DNA of 61,057 bases, the filler included. It is 9 parts of 9 records of this genome, joined end to end, with 100 filler letters (N's around TTAATTAATTAA, not from the genome) between each part and the next. Parts side by side here need not be neighbours in the genome. Positions count along the whole stretch, not along the records: positions 50,165 to 55,451 come from SRR31147125_64811; positions 55,552 to 61,057 come from SRR31147125_64820; 7 more parts are not named here. One strand, given 5' to 3'. Positions 50,800-61,057 of this stretch are shown one piece after another (within the stretch, counting starts at the first letter, position 1; each line of letters begins with the position of its first letter). Position numbers and translations under genes: made by a program. The notes below the pieces were generated by a model that searched no databases, was not told the DNA's origin, and saw only the letters and a program-made list of their open reading frames with translations.

Positions 50800-53225
50800 A
50801 TGCAATATAGAGTCGTTCTGACTATTTCATTAATAACGATCCTTGCAGCCATTTTTTGCTTTGGTGCAGCGGAGCATGGGTTGGCTGTTACACATGTTTC
50901 TGAATCCCGCACAACGACATGGGATGGACCAGATGAACACACCATCGCACTATGGTTGTTTGATGAGACGCCTTACAACAATATCACGCTGACCGATGCC
51001 GGGCCCTTTCAACTGGATCTGCGTCTGGATACCGGCTATGGTAAGCCGCTGCCATTGAGTGTGCGCGAAGGGAAACGCGGTCTGTTGCCCGGTCGTTTTG
51101 GTCGTTCCCTGTACCTGCCAATGGGCGATAGTACCGGTGTGAGTTGGTCTGAAGGTTTATGGCGATCGAATACAGGCACGGCACGGTTGCTTGACAGACG
51201 TGATGAAGTACCGGAAATCTGCAACCTGGGATATCTCGACTATACTATCGAGTTCTGGTTCAAGTCAGAAGGCGAGCAGGCGACCCCGGCAGTGATCTGG
51301 GAGGTGCGCAACGAGGGCAACGCCAGAAAAAATGTACCGACGAATGTTCATTTTAACTCATTTATGCTGGACAGCGGTCGCCGCCGGTTTTTACTGCGTG
51401 GTAAAATGACCAGACAGGATGGGGCGCGGATGGTAAATTGGGATCCGAATGTGGTGATTCCCACTGATTCTGTCAAACTCAACGACGGTCAATGGCACCA
51501 TGTTGCGTTTACTTATACTGCGGCCGAACACCAGATGCGCCATTATCTTGACGGTCATATGCAGCCGCTGCCAAAGATGGGTGGTTTTTTACCGCTAACC
51601 GGTTTGCTAATGTCAATGACCCTTGGGCGTGATGGCGAGGGAGGACAGGAACTGGTCGGTGCGTTTGACGAGTTTCGCATTTCAAGTGTTGTGCGTTACC
51701 CGCATGACTTTGAGCCACCGGCTAGTTTTTCGCGCAATTATGGATTGAATCCGCCGATGACCGGTAAAGCCGACGGTCCGCCGCTTCTGTTTGATCACCA
51801 GGATTCGGCCGGACCAGTAGAATTGGGCTCACGCAAGCACTTGTTTATTGACGATGCCCTTGTTTCCAGTATGACGGCACATCTCAGATTCACAGTGAAT
51901 CCACCCGTCAAGATCGATATAACCGATTTTAGAAATACCAGGCCGTGGGAACCGACGCCGCGTATGGGGGCAGCTATTCCTGATATCTGTTCGTTCTGGG
52001 ACGCTGGCGACAAGATCTGCATGCTGTACAGCAACAGTGGTATGTGGGGGGAAAGGAACCTGCCATTTGCCTGGTGACCTCGCGCGACGGCCTGCACTGG
52101 GAAAAACCTGAACTGGGACTGCATAGCTGGAACGGTTCCACGCGCAACAACATCGTTTTGCGCACTGCCTTGCAGGGGACTGTCTTCAGAGACACGAATC
52201 CCGCTGCGCCAGCTGACCAGCGCTATAAAATGATGGCGTGGTTGATGAAACGCGGTTTTTACATATTCACGTCGCCTGATGGTGTGCACTGGCAGCGCAA
52301 TGAATCGACTGCTCTGCCATTTGATCCGGATGGCAGTTGCGAGATCTTTTGGGATGACCAGGTCGGAGTTTATCGCGCCTACATTCGTGCGGCCAGTCTG
52401 CGTGAGACGCCGTTTATCGGTCGCCGGATTGCATATACAAAGACGGCAGATGTGATGCGGCCGTGGCCATTTACCCCGGTAGCGGAGCCGCTTTGGGCTT
52501 TTACGCTCCCCCGGCCAGCTGGTGGTGAGTTGCCGCTCATCGACACCGGCGGCGAGGTCTATCGCATGAAGGCGGTCAAATATGCATGGGCACCGGATGT
52601 TTATCTGGCTTTTCCGTGGCGTCACGTCAGCAACCTCCGTCCGGGCTCCATCACGATGGTCAGTCGCAACGGGGAAAAGTGGTCACGCTATGAATTGCCC
52701 TATTACTTTGCCTCCGGCTGGGAACTGGGGGGACGCAAGGTGCTCGAGGCACTAACCGAGCAGGGCATGGTGCGACGCGGTGACGAGATCTGGCAATATG
52801 GCACTGTCCGCTTCACCGAGCATGGGGGTGCCGTTTATGGTGGCGTCGAGCATGATGGTTCCGGCTTTGACAGGTTGCTGCGACTCACCCAGCGCCTTGA
52901 TGGCTTTGTCTCAATCGACGCAGGAGAAACAGCCGGAATCGTTGTCACCCGGCCCCTGACCTTCAGCGGGCGACAGCTTGAACTCAATGTGAGTGCCAAA
53001 GGTTCTGTCCGGGTGGCGCTTCTTGACGAAACAGGCAAACCGCTGCCGGGTTTCGCGCTTGAGCAATGCGACCCGATTCAGGTCGATCTGGTTCGACACG
53101 TTGTGAGCTGGAAAGGTCATTCCGATATCAGCCGTTACGCTGGCAAGACTGTACAACTGCAGTTTGAATTGCGCGATGCCAAGCTGTTCGCATTCCAGTT
53201 CACCGCAGGCAGGGATAAACCTTAA
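50800..53225 (+). CDS. Secreted LamG-like jellyroll + beta-propeller (glycoside hydrolase-like) protein, homopolymer frameshift
   Basis: Signal peptide; YTIEFWFK, DGQWHHVAFTY, FDEFRIS (LamG); Asp-box motifs SRDGLHWEKP, SPDGVHW; RLDGFVS. Joins if the G6 at 52046-52051 is G7. GAGGAG RBS before ATG 50800. Confidence 0.8.
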
Positions 53226-53327
53226 CAGCATCATGGCCAGGGAGTTTTGATTGCGCGGAAAATGGGTCAAAACACTGGCGAACTGACAGTACTCATAATA
53301 TAAAGTTACGGATAATAGGTTAACCTA

Positions 53328-54023
53328 ATGAAACAGATAAAAATGAAAATTCGAAAAATCTTGTCAGGAATCCTCCTGATTGTTGGAGGTATACACATCG
53401 CCATTTTAGGTGCGGATGAAACAGACCGGGCCGGGAACAGCTACAAAACCGTAATAATAGGTGACCAGGAATGGATGGCTGAAAACCTGAACACCGATCG
53501 ATTCCGGAATGGTGACCTCATTGCGGAAGCTAAAAGCAGGATCGAATGGCAAAAGGCATTTTTCTCAAAAGAACCTGTATGGAGTTATTACGGTTATGAT
53601 CCCGCAAACGGGCAAAAATATGGTAAAATGTATAACTGGTATGCGGTGGTTGATCCGAGAGGCCTGGCTCCTTCTGGCTGGCATGTACCCAGCGATGCAG
53701 AATGGACCCGGTTGACCGATTATATGGGTGGTGAAGCAATAGCCGGAACCAAACTGAAAAGTAGTAGTGGCTGGAAGGAGAACGGCAACGGCAACAATCA
53801 GAGTCAATTTTCCGGGCTTCCAGGCGGTGCCTGTGCCAGTGATGGTTATCTGGGCAGCATCGGTTATCTGGGTGTCTGGTGGAGTACCACGGAGGATACC
53901 TGCTATTACTATGACCCTGATGCTTATGCCTGGTACCGATATCTGTTTTTTTCCAAAGGTGAGATCAACAGGTATTCCCATAGCAAGGGAAATGGCTTTT
54001 CTGTCCGTTGTATCAAGGATTAG
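53328..54023 (+). CDS. FISUMP (Fibrobacter succinogenes major paralogous) domain protein
   Basis: YKTVIIGDQEWMAENL, YGKMYNWYAV, PSGWHVPSDAEW, GFSVRCIKD. Confidence 0.95.
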   Translation: MKQIKMKIRKILSGILLIVGGIHIAILGADETDRAGNSYKTVIIGDQEWMAENLNTDRFRNGDLIAEAKSRIEWQKAFFSKEPVWSYYGYDPANGQKYGKMYNWYAVVDPRGLAPSGWHVPSDAEWTRLTDYMGGEAIAGTKLKSSSGWKENGNGNNQSQFSGLPGGACASDGYLGSIGYLGVWWSTTEDTCYYYDPDAYAWYRYLFFSKGEINRYSHSKGNGFSVRCIKD

Positions 54024-54316
54024 GTCGAGAAAAGGGGAGCTGGCCAAATTTAGTTAATGTTTGTGTTGTGGTTGTACTTTTTTATGTCAAATTATACCCT
54101 TACAGACCATTTTAGGGCGAAAATATAAATTCCAGGACACTCATTTCCGAGTGACCATAAAACCGTATTATACCACCTGCTAAAATATATTTCTCGGAAA
54201 TATTTTTTCCTGCTTCTATCACCATTTGCTATTTCGAAATCATCTTTATATATTCCTTAAACAATACCTTAGCCTTTAATGAAAAAAATATGCTTGTCCA
54301 TTATCACGGAGGCACT

Positions 54317-55239
54317 ATGGCACCTGAATGTAACCGACGTCAGTTTTTGCAATCCACAACAAAATTAATAGCCGCAGGCACGACAGCTACTGCCTTTTTT
54401 CCTGCAGTAAAAGCAAAAAAACAGGGAATGCAAAATTGCAAAACTGGAAAATTGGCTTTTATACCCGTCCCTGGAGCAATTATGATTACAAAACAGCTCT
54501 GGATGCTATTGCTGAAACGGGCTGTAAATATGTCGGTCTGATGACCACCAATAGCAAAAACAAACTTGTTATATCCAAAGAAACCACCGAAGAAGAGGCG
54601 CTTAAGGTAAAGGAAGAAGTGAAAAAACGCGGACTTGCTGTCGCTTCTGTCTGGGGTGGCAATTTTGATGTTAAAAATTCCCTGCAGAGTGGCATTCAGG
54701 ACCTGAGAAAAATAATCGATAACTGTTTTGCCTGTGGCAGTGAAAATCTGTTAATTGGCGGCACAGGTGATGAGGTGCTTTTTGATGATTATTACAAAGC
54801 TGTTGCTGAATGTTGTGATTATGCGCTGGAAAAAGGCGTTGAACTGGCTCTCAAACCGCATGGTGGATTAAATTCCACAGGTCCACAATGCCGGCAAATT
54901 ATTGAAAAAGTAAATCACGGGAATTTTCGTCTCTGGTATGATCCGGGAAATATTTTTTATTACTCAAAGGGTGAACTGGACCCTGTTCAGGATGTCAAAA
55001 CCGTGGCTGATATTGTCGCCGGAATGTGCGTGAAAGATTACCTGCATCCTCAAAATGTGGCAGTTACTCCCGGAACCGGACTGGTCGATTTTAATCAGGT
55101 CTTTTCCATTCTTGAAGAAAATGGCTTTTCTAAAGGTTCTCTCATTGTGGAAGTGTTAAAACCAGGCGATTTAAAACAGCTGCAAACTGAAGCCGTCAAA
55201 ACAAAGAACTTTATATCTCAGGTTTTAACAGCGTTATAA
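54317..55239 (+). CDS. Tat-exported sugar phosphate isomerase/epimerase (xylose isomerase-like TIM barrel), homopolymer frameshift
   Basis: NRRQFL Tat signal; KPHGG, YDPGN, VKD, PGTGLVDF, IVE. Joins if the A7 at 54415-54421 is A8. Confidence 0.88.
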
Positions 55240-55451
55240 AGGAAAGAAAGTAATTCGCACATGTCCACCATATTTCCTGTGAACCAATAGAAAATGATTA
55301 AAACCTGTGGCATGTGGCTTCAAGCCGTGCCAGACGATTTGGGTACCAGATAATCTGTAGCGGGCACCTGTATTTGGGAAAGAATAAGGTAATAAGGTGA
55401 AAAAGGGGGTGGTGTCATGTGGCTATTAAGGTCAAAAAAATAAAAATAAGG

Positions 55452-55551
55452 NNNNNNNNNNNNNNNNNNNNNNNNNNNNNNNNNNNNNNNNNNNNTTAAT
55501 TAATTAANNNNNNNNNNNNNNNNNNNNNNNNNNNNNNNNNNNNNNNNNNNN
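55452..55551. other. Artificial contig spacer
   Basis: N44-TTAATTAATTAA-N44. Confidence 0.99.
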
Positions 55552-56039
55552 CGCTACATGGCGGCGCAAATGAAGAAGTATTGAAAATGCTGAAAAATAT
55601 TGGCGAAGTCGGCAACGTCAAAGAATGGTATAAAGAGAAGAGAGCAAAGAAAGAAAAAGTTATGGGCTTTGGACACAGAGTATATAAAGCCTACGACCCA
55701 CGCGCCAGAATTCTTGCTCCACTTGCTGAATATCTCGGTCAAGAAAACCCTGAAGCTCAGAACTACTTTAATATTGCTAAGGAACTTGAAAAAGAAGTTA
55801 CCGAGACCCTAGGTAAAGAAAAAGGCGTCTTCCCTAATGTCGACTATTTCTCAGGTATTGTCTATAGCTGTCTGGGTATTCCAGATGCTATGTTCACCCC
55901 TGTATTTGCTGTTTCACGTACTGCTGGCTGGACAGCACGTATTTATGAATACATCGAGAATAACCGTATTTTCCGTCCTCGAGCCATGTATACTGGTAAC
56001 TTCGAGACAGAGTATAAAGATATTGAAGAAAGATCATAA
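55552..56039 (+). CDS. Citrate synthase C-terminus (5' truncated)
   Basis: LHGGANE, MGFGHRVYKAYDPRA, FPNVDYFSG, FAVSRTAGW, RPR. Confidence 0.95.
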
Positions 56040-56062
56040 GTAAACTTTTATGATAGATTTCC

Positions 56063-56096
56063 GGGTCAGTTCAAATTTATTTGAACTGACCCTTTT
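56063..56096 (+). terminator. Intrinsic terminator
   Basis: GGGTCAGTTCAAAT...ATTTGAACTGACCC plus TTTT. Confidence 0.88.
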
Positions 56097-56168
56097 CATA
56101 GATTGCTCAAACAGCTACAATATGAATTATTAAGATATTTACAAATTGTATTATATAAAGGTAAGACT

Positions 56169-57871
56169 ATGACCCGTTATGCATTGGCACAAATCAATAC
56201 TACAGTTGGCGACCTGCAGCAAAATGCGAAAAAAATACTGAAAACTATGGACACAGTAGCAGATCAAAAACCGGATTTAGTAATATTTCCAGAGATGACT
56301 CTTACCGGCTATCCACCGGAAGACTTACTCCTCAAACCTGGTTTTTTCAATGAGACAGCAAAAGTACTCAATGATATTATTCCGCAAATTAAAGGACGAG
56401 CCCTGATTGGCTACCCTTCTATAGACACTGAGGACAACCGCCCTTATAATACTGCAGCACTGATTGAAGACGGCAAAATCATCACAACCTATTATAAATG
56501 CCTTCTTCCCAACTACGCTGTTTTTGATGAGAAACGTTACTTCGATGAAGGCGATAAAGGTCTCAATCTAAAAATCAATAATCAACTTTGCGGTGTAGTT
56601 ATCTGTGAGGATGCATGGGAAGAAGAAGGATAGATCAAGGACGAGACAGAGAATGGAGCCGGCATTATTGCCTGTCTCTCAGCCAGTCCATTCCATAAGA
56701 CCAAAGAGACTTCCCGCATCGAGACCTTCAGTAATATCTGTAAAAAACAGAATACATATCTGCTATACTGTAATCTGATAGGCGGTCAGGATGAACTTGT
56801 CTTTGACGGTGCCAGCTTTGTGATGTCGCCAGAAGGCGAGATTATCACCAAAGCAGATTCATTCAAGGAAGAGATTCTTTATTTTGATATAGATGACGAA
56901 TTGAGCAACCCTGTAAAAACGAGTAAAAGAGAAGTTGAGACAGTTGAAATCAAGATAACTTCTGCAGAAAAACCTGCTATTACTCATAAGCCAGTCACTG
57001 CAAAAGATAAATATGCCGATATCTATCAGGCACTGGTTCTAGGAGTTGGTGACTATGTCAGAAAGAATGGTTTTACAGGAGTAATCATCGGGCTTTCCGG
57101 CGGTATTGACTCAGCTATTACTGCAGCGATTGCTGTCGACGCACTCGGCAAAGAGAATGTACTCGGTGTGACCATGCCGAGCCGCTACTCATCCGGAGAG
57201 ACAAAAGATGATGCCCGCATACTTGCAGAAAATCTGGGTATCCGCTTTGAGTCACTCGCAATAGCAGAACCATTCACAGCATTCAGCAATGTACTCGAAC
57301 CAATCTTTGCAGCAGCCGACCCGGCAAAAGACCCAGAAAACCTCACCGATCAGAACCTGCAGGCAAGAATACGCTCTGTCTACCTGATGGGTATCTCCAA
57401 CAAATACGGCCTGATGTTGCTCAATACTTCTAATAAGAGTGAGAGCGCTGTAGGATACGGTACACTATATGGCGATATGGCTGGCGGATACGCTGCGATC
57501 AAGGACGTACTCAAGACAGATGTCTGGGCAATATCATATTATGTCAATAAACTCCATGACAGAGAAGTTATTCCTGTCTCTACAATCGAGCGTGTACCAT
57601 CTGCAGAACTTCGCCCAGATCAGGAAGACAGGCAGTCACTCCCTGACTATCCTATTCTAGATCCTATTTTAGAATTATACGTCGAGCAGGACATGACGTA
57701 TTCTGAAATTATCGCAGCAGGACATGATCCAGAGACAGTCAAAAAGATTATTCACTTAACCGACCGCTCAGAATTCAAACGAAGACAGAGCGTTATTGGC
57801 TACGTGTTACTCCAAAGGCATTTGGTAAAGACAGGCGCCTCCCACTTACCAATCGCTTTCGTCCTGAGTAA
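56169..57871 (+). CDS. nadE: Glutamine-dependent NAD+ synthetase with in-frame TAG (56631-56633) and a frameshift near 57798
   Basis: Nitrilase domain (FPEM, K-x-LLPNY-x-VFDEKRYF, ICEDAW, SASPF, GGQDELVFDG) and synthetase domain (GLSGGIDS, NLQARIR, NKSE, PSAELRPDQ). The shifted frame restores LRVTPKAFGKDRRLPLTNRF. Confidence 0.93.
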
Positions 57872-57907
57872 TAACCTTCATTTATGCAGTATTTGAGCTA
57901 TACAACC

Positions 57908-57937
57908 AAAGTCCATCCTGTTTACAGGCTGGACTTT
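57908..57937 (+). terminator. Terminator-like hairpin after nadE
   Basis: AAAGTCCATCCTG...CAGGCTGGACTTT. Confidence 0.65.
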
Positions 57938-58325
57938 AAAAATTCATTTTTCCAGATCACAATAACTTACCCTCCTAAAACCACTCTTCTGCAAGTGAAT
58001 ACCAATAATTTATTTTATAATAATAAAATCATAAAACCACTCAAACAACAGTATATTATATTGTTTAATTTATATATTGTAAATAATTACAACTTTATAA
58101 TTGAAATAACTACTACAAATTAATATACTTAAACGCCATAAAACGTATCTGCTGTGATACAGTGAATTTATTCTAAGTCACTTATATTACAGTTACTGGC
58201 AACTCAAAAGATAATTACAAACAGTAATTACACCTTTATTTCAAGTAAATTACTTTGAGTAGCTTATGCATTTTGCTACAAAGTAGTCTTACTATCCCAC
58301 CCGATTTCATATTGAAAGGAAGTAC

Positions 58326-60215
58326 ATGCCACAATCACCACAGAACAAACCAGTCAACCAATTCTCAAACAGAATCTACAAGTACGCCCGCGAGCTTTAC
58401 AAAAGCAACTCCAGCCAGACTCAGCAACAGAAAAAGAGTACGATTACCGGCAAAACTCTCACACCTGCACTGGAGAAGACTGTCACCGATCTTAGCCGGT
58501 TGATCGGTGTCGACCCTGCCACTGCTAGAAAAATCATAGCTCCGCATATTATCAACCGCTTCAACAAGCTCAACCCCAATATCGAGTACGATGCTCAGAC
58601 AATTCAGAGTCTGGAAAGTGACGCATTATACTACGCTACCGAAGAACTGGCTGCCCAGTCAGCAAAAAATATGGCTATTATCAACCTCTCACAGGAAACC
58701 TTTTCCAATGCTGTCTATGACAAAACAACACAAACATATAATTACCTCACTAATGATTACGCTACAGATTTCTCTAGAGACGCCCTCTTAGACAACTTTT
58801 ATGCAGACAAAGCCAAAACAACAAATATAAGCGGTGAGTATGCTAAAAACGCAGCTGCACAGCACGTCAACGATCTGAGAGAGAATGAACTGGCAAACGG
58901 AAATCGAAGCAGACTGCCATCCCCGATGCTCTATGCCCTGGAGACATTATCAAAAAGAACAGACATAACCCTCTATGAACTCAAAAACATGTATAATGAA
59001 ATCTATACCTCTCAGCCGGAAAGCTATTGGGATAATATTGCTCAGCGGAAATTTTCAGAGAAAGGTTTTCAGAACGCAGAATTCTTCAGAGGCAGAAACA
59101 GGCTGACCTACCTCGAAACCCTCTATCAGGATAATATTCTCGGTGTAATGCAGCGGTCATTACAGAATATGCACCAGAATCATGAAATAAGCTATGAGAA
59201 TAACCATGTTGATTTTCAAAAAGGCTATAACCATATCAACCAGTACAAGAACATCAGCCTTGAAATACTCCAGCAGCTCAATCCTAAGTTGTATGATGGT
59301 TTGAAGAACAAACTCGGCCTCCGTGATGAACAGATTACCAGTGCGGTAAACTCTGCCTCAAAATGGTGCAGCGAAGACTACGAAGACGGAATTGCAGCAA
59401 TGAAGAAAGCTAAATATAATCATGATATTAATGATAATGGAGAATTAAATTTTGATGACTTTTATAATGTAAAAGGATTTCTTCAGAAAAGCTGGCTCCG
59501 TCTCAACTCTCTCATGGGCAATGATAAAAGCAGAGAAATCAATATTATCAGACAATCTGAAAGAATATCAAATGAAAATGGAGACAGCTACCTCACCCCT
59601 GACTGGGGCAATGCAATGAGCGAACCCCTCAAAACAGTCGGTACATTTACTCCACTACTAGCGTTATTCAACCCTGCATTAGGTGCCACCTTTGCTACTA
59701 TTTCAGCTACTGACAGTATCGCTTCTCAGCAGGAGAACAATCAGCAATTACTAAAACAGGGAGTAAAACATGAGCAAATTTACAAAGACAATACCATTAA
59801 TATCTTATCCAATATTGGCTCAATAATTGCAGGCAAAGTTGTTTCTCCAATAATTGAAGAAACAGCTAAAATCTCCAATAAGGTGAGTAATGCTGGCGTT
59901 GACCTCACAACAAAAGCGATAGATACGGGAATAAAATTATTCACAGACACCTCTAAAACTGATAAACTTAACTTTACTAGCCCGTTTCCTTCTCCAACCG
60001 ACAGTAAACCCGATTACTATATCAAAAAATCGCTTCCAAAACCAAATAATAATATAAAAGACTTCAACAATAATACAAAAATAAACAAGCCTAAACTTCA
60101 GCCCCGTCTTTCTTCCCCTACAGACGAACTCAAAGCAGCCAATACAGGTAAGAGGTATTCAGGACAGACAGGAGGTTTTCAGAAATTAGACAAAAGAATC
60201 TACGGCAGTATGTAA
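58326..60215 (+). CDS. Hypothetical 629-aa protein (no family recognised)
   Basis: Long ORF with AAAGGA RBS; EF-hand-like loop DINDNGELNFDD; hydrophobic hairpin; low-complexity tail. Confidence 0.75.
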   Translation: MPQSPQNKPVNQFSNRIYKYARELYKSNSSQTQQQKKSTITGKTLTPALEKTVTDLSRLIGVDPATARKIIAPHIINRFNKLNPNIEYDAQTIQSLESDALYYATEELAAQSAKNMAIINLSQETFSNAVYDKTTQTYNYLTNDYATDFSRDALLDNFYADKAKTTNISGEYAKNAAAQHVNDLRENELANGNRSRLPSPMLYALETLSKRTDITLYELKNMYNEIYTSQPESYWDNIAQRKFSEKGFQNAEFFRGRNRLTYLETLYQDNILGVMQRSLQNMHQNHEISYENNHVDFQKGYNHINQYKNISLEILQQLNPKLYDGLKNKLGLRDEQITSAVNSASKWCSEDYEDGIAAMKKAKYNHDINDNGELNFDDFYNVKGFLQKSWLRLNSLMGNDKSREINIIRQSERISNENGDSYLTPDWGNAMSEPLKTVGTFTPLLALFNPALGATFATISATDSIASQQENNQQLLKQGVKHEQIYKDNTINILSNIGSIIAGKVVSPIIEETAKISNKVSNAGVDLTTKAIDTGIKLFTDTSKTDKLNFTSPFPSPTDSKPDYYIKKSLPKPNNNIKDFNNNTKINKPKLQPRLSSPTDELKAANTGKRYSGQTGGFQKLDKRIYGSM

Positions 60216-60240
60216 CAACCAAATCAATCTGAACAATTCT

Positions 60241-61057
60241 CTATTTATAATACTCCGGTGTATAATCAACCGGAGTATCTTCTCCACGCTTCACCGGATC
60301 ACCTTTAATTACCAACATTATAAAATATTTAACTACATAATAAGGAAATATTAAAAAAAACAAAATCACATCCAGACGATTTTCAGATAATCTCAATATC
60401 TTTACTGGTATCCTGTAATTATAGAAAAACATTATCGGTATTACAGAAACACCAATTATAAGACCAAAGAGAATATTGGAATATATATAAATAAGAAATG
60501 AATCAAAATTATACATAACATTATATGTAGCAAATAAACAAACCACTGCACCAAATGCAGGCAAATACAACAACATATCACCTATACGCAACAGCACCTT
60601 CGTTGCTGGAACCAGCTTCTTTCTATAACTGTACTTACAGACAGCAAAAGAAACAAACCACATAAAAATACTGAATGGAAAAAAAACACCGAATACCGGC
60701 AACATGAGACGTGATTCTACTTCCTTGCTTATTGTCTCATCACTATAAAGCCGACTATAAGAGCCATCTTTATTCAGCCACCTACTGTAAAAGAATAAAC
60801 CCTGAGCGCTTATTCCTTCATTATTCTTAATCATATAACCATAATCTATCGTATCAATAATTTCTATAGGACTTCTAGTCAGAAAAGCATAATACATTAC
60901 AGTATTACCCTTACTGTCCTTTTCAGAAAGATATATACCTTCATCTTCCTGTTTCTCCAGCAAACTTTTCACCTCTGCTGCCGACTTCCCCTCAATCACC
61001 GCCCGCATCAGTTCAGTCTGCCCCTCAGCCTCAAAGCTCACCTCATCCATCGACATC
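60241..61057 (-). CDS. Ankyrin-like repeat membrane protein (probably 5' truncated)
   Basis: GQTELMRAV, DSKGNTVMYYA, NNEGISA ankyrin-like starts followed by 3-4 TM helices. Confidence 0.6.
   Translation of the reverse strand, partial: MSMDEVSFEAEGQTELMRAVIEGKSAAEVKSLLEKQEDEGIYLSEKDSKGNTVMYYAFLTRSPIEIIDTIDYGYMIKNNEGISAQGLFFYSRWLNKDGSYSRLYSDETISKEVESRLMLPVFGVFFPFSIFMWFVSFAVCKYSYRKKLVPATKVLLRIGDMLLYLPAFGAVVCLFATYNVMYNFDSFLIYIYSNILFGLIIGVSVIPIMFFYNYRIPVKILRLSENRLDVILFFLIFPYYVVKYFIMLVIKGDPVKRGEDTPVDYTPEYYK

Noticed and set aside
55308-55331. REP-like hairpin TGGCATGTGGCTTCAAGCCGTGCC
   Set aside because: Single imperfect copy in the window; cannot be supported as a repeat family.
57884-58123. 79-aa ORF after nadE
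   Set aside because: Spans a terminator hairpin and very AT-rich intergenic DNA, no RBS or motif.
55552-61057. Genome-wide TAG reassignment in contig I
   Set aside because: Only one in-frame TAG is seen, and the gene ending at 60241 uses TAG as a plausible stop; readthrough there would run into the convergent gene.

Overview
This window is not one locus. It is nine unrelated contigs joined by eight identical 100-nt artificial spacers (N44-TTAATTAATTAA-N44), so nothing should be read as synteny across a spacer. A (1-8093): sigma54-type promoter ahead of a TPR/TPR/GltF-like/ExbB/ExbD envelope motor operon resembling the Agl-Glt core. B (8194-16200): SNF2 ATPase, SWIM protein and glycogen debranching enzyme. 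C (16301-24328): clostridial; M20 peptidase, HNH insert, DegV, spoIIGA-sigE, Rrf2. D (24429-30191): SSS symporter, AraC, aldolase and TRAP transporter, spirochaete-like. E (30292-35429): decayed defence island at tRNA-fMet with two TIR-fold genes, a GmrSD-like nuclease, an integrase fragment, an IS3 end and two 85-bp transposon-end-like direct repeats. F (35530-41385): AT-rich; RAYT end, orphan CI/Cro-like switch with operators, 5'-nucleotidase, GGDEF, HDOD. G (41486-50064): Desulfuromonadales-like; cysteine synthase, UbiD, heme-motif kinase and sigma54 regulator. H (50165-55451): IS200 pseudogene, LamG/propeller protein, FISUMP, Tat isomerase. I (55552-61057): citrate synthase, nadE with an in-frame TAG, and two ORFans. 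About ten genes carry frameshifts, mostly one base short in a homopolymer, which I read as sequencing error. Best candidates for novelty are the repeat-delimited TIR unit in E, the Agl-Glt-like operon in A, the amber codon in nadE and the orphan phage switch in F. Family calls and taxonomic hints come from motif recognition by eye; no database search was run.
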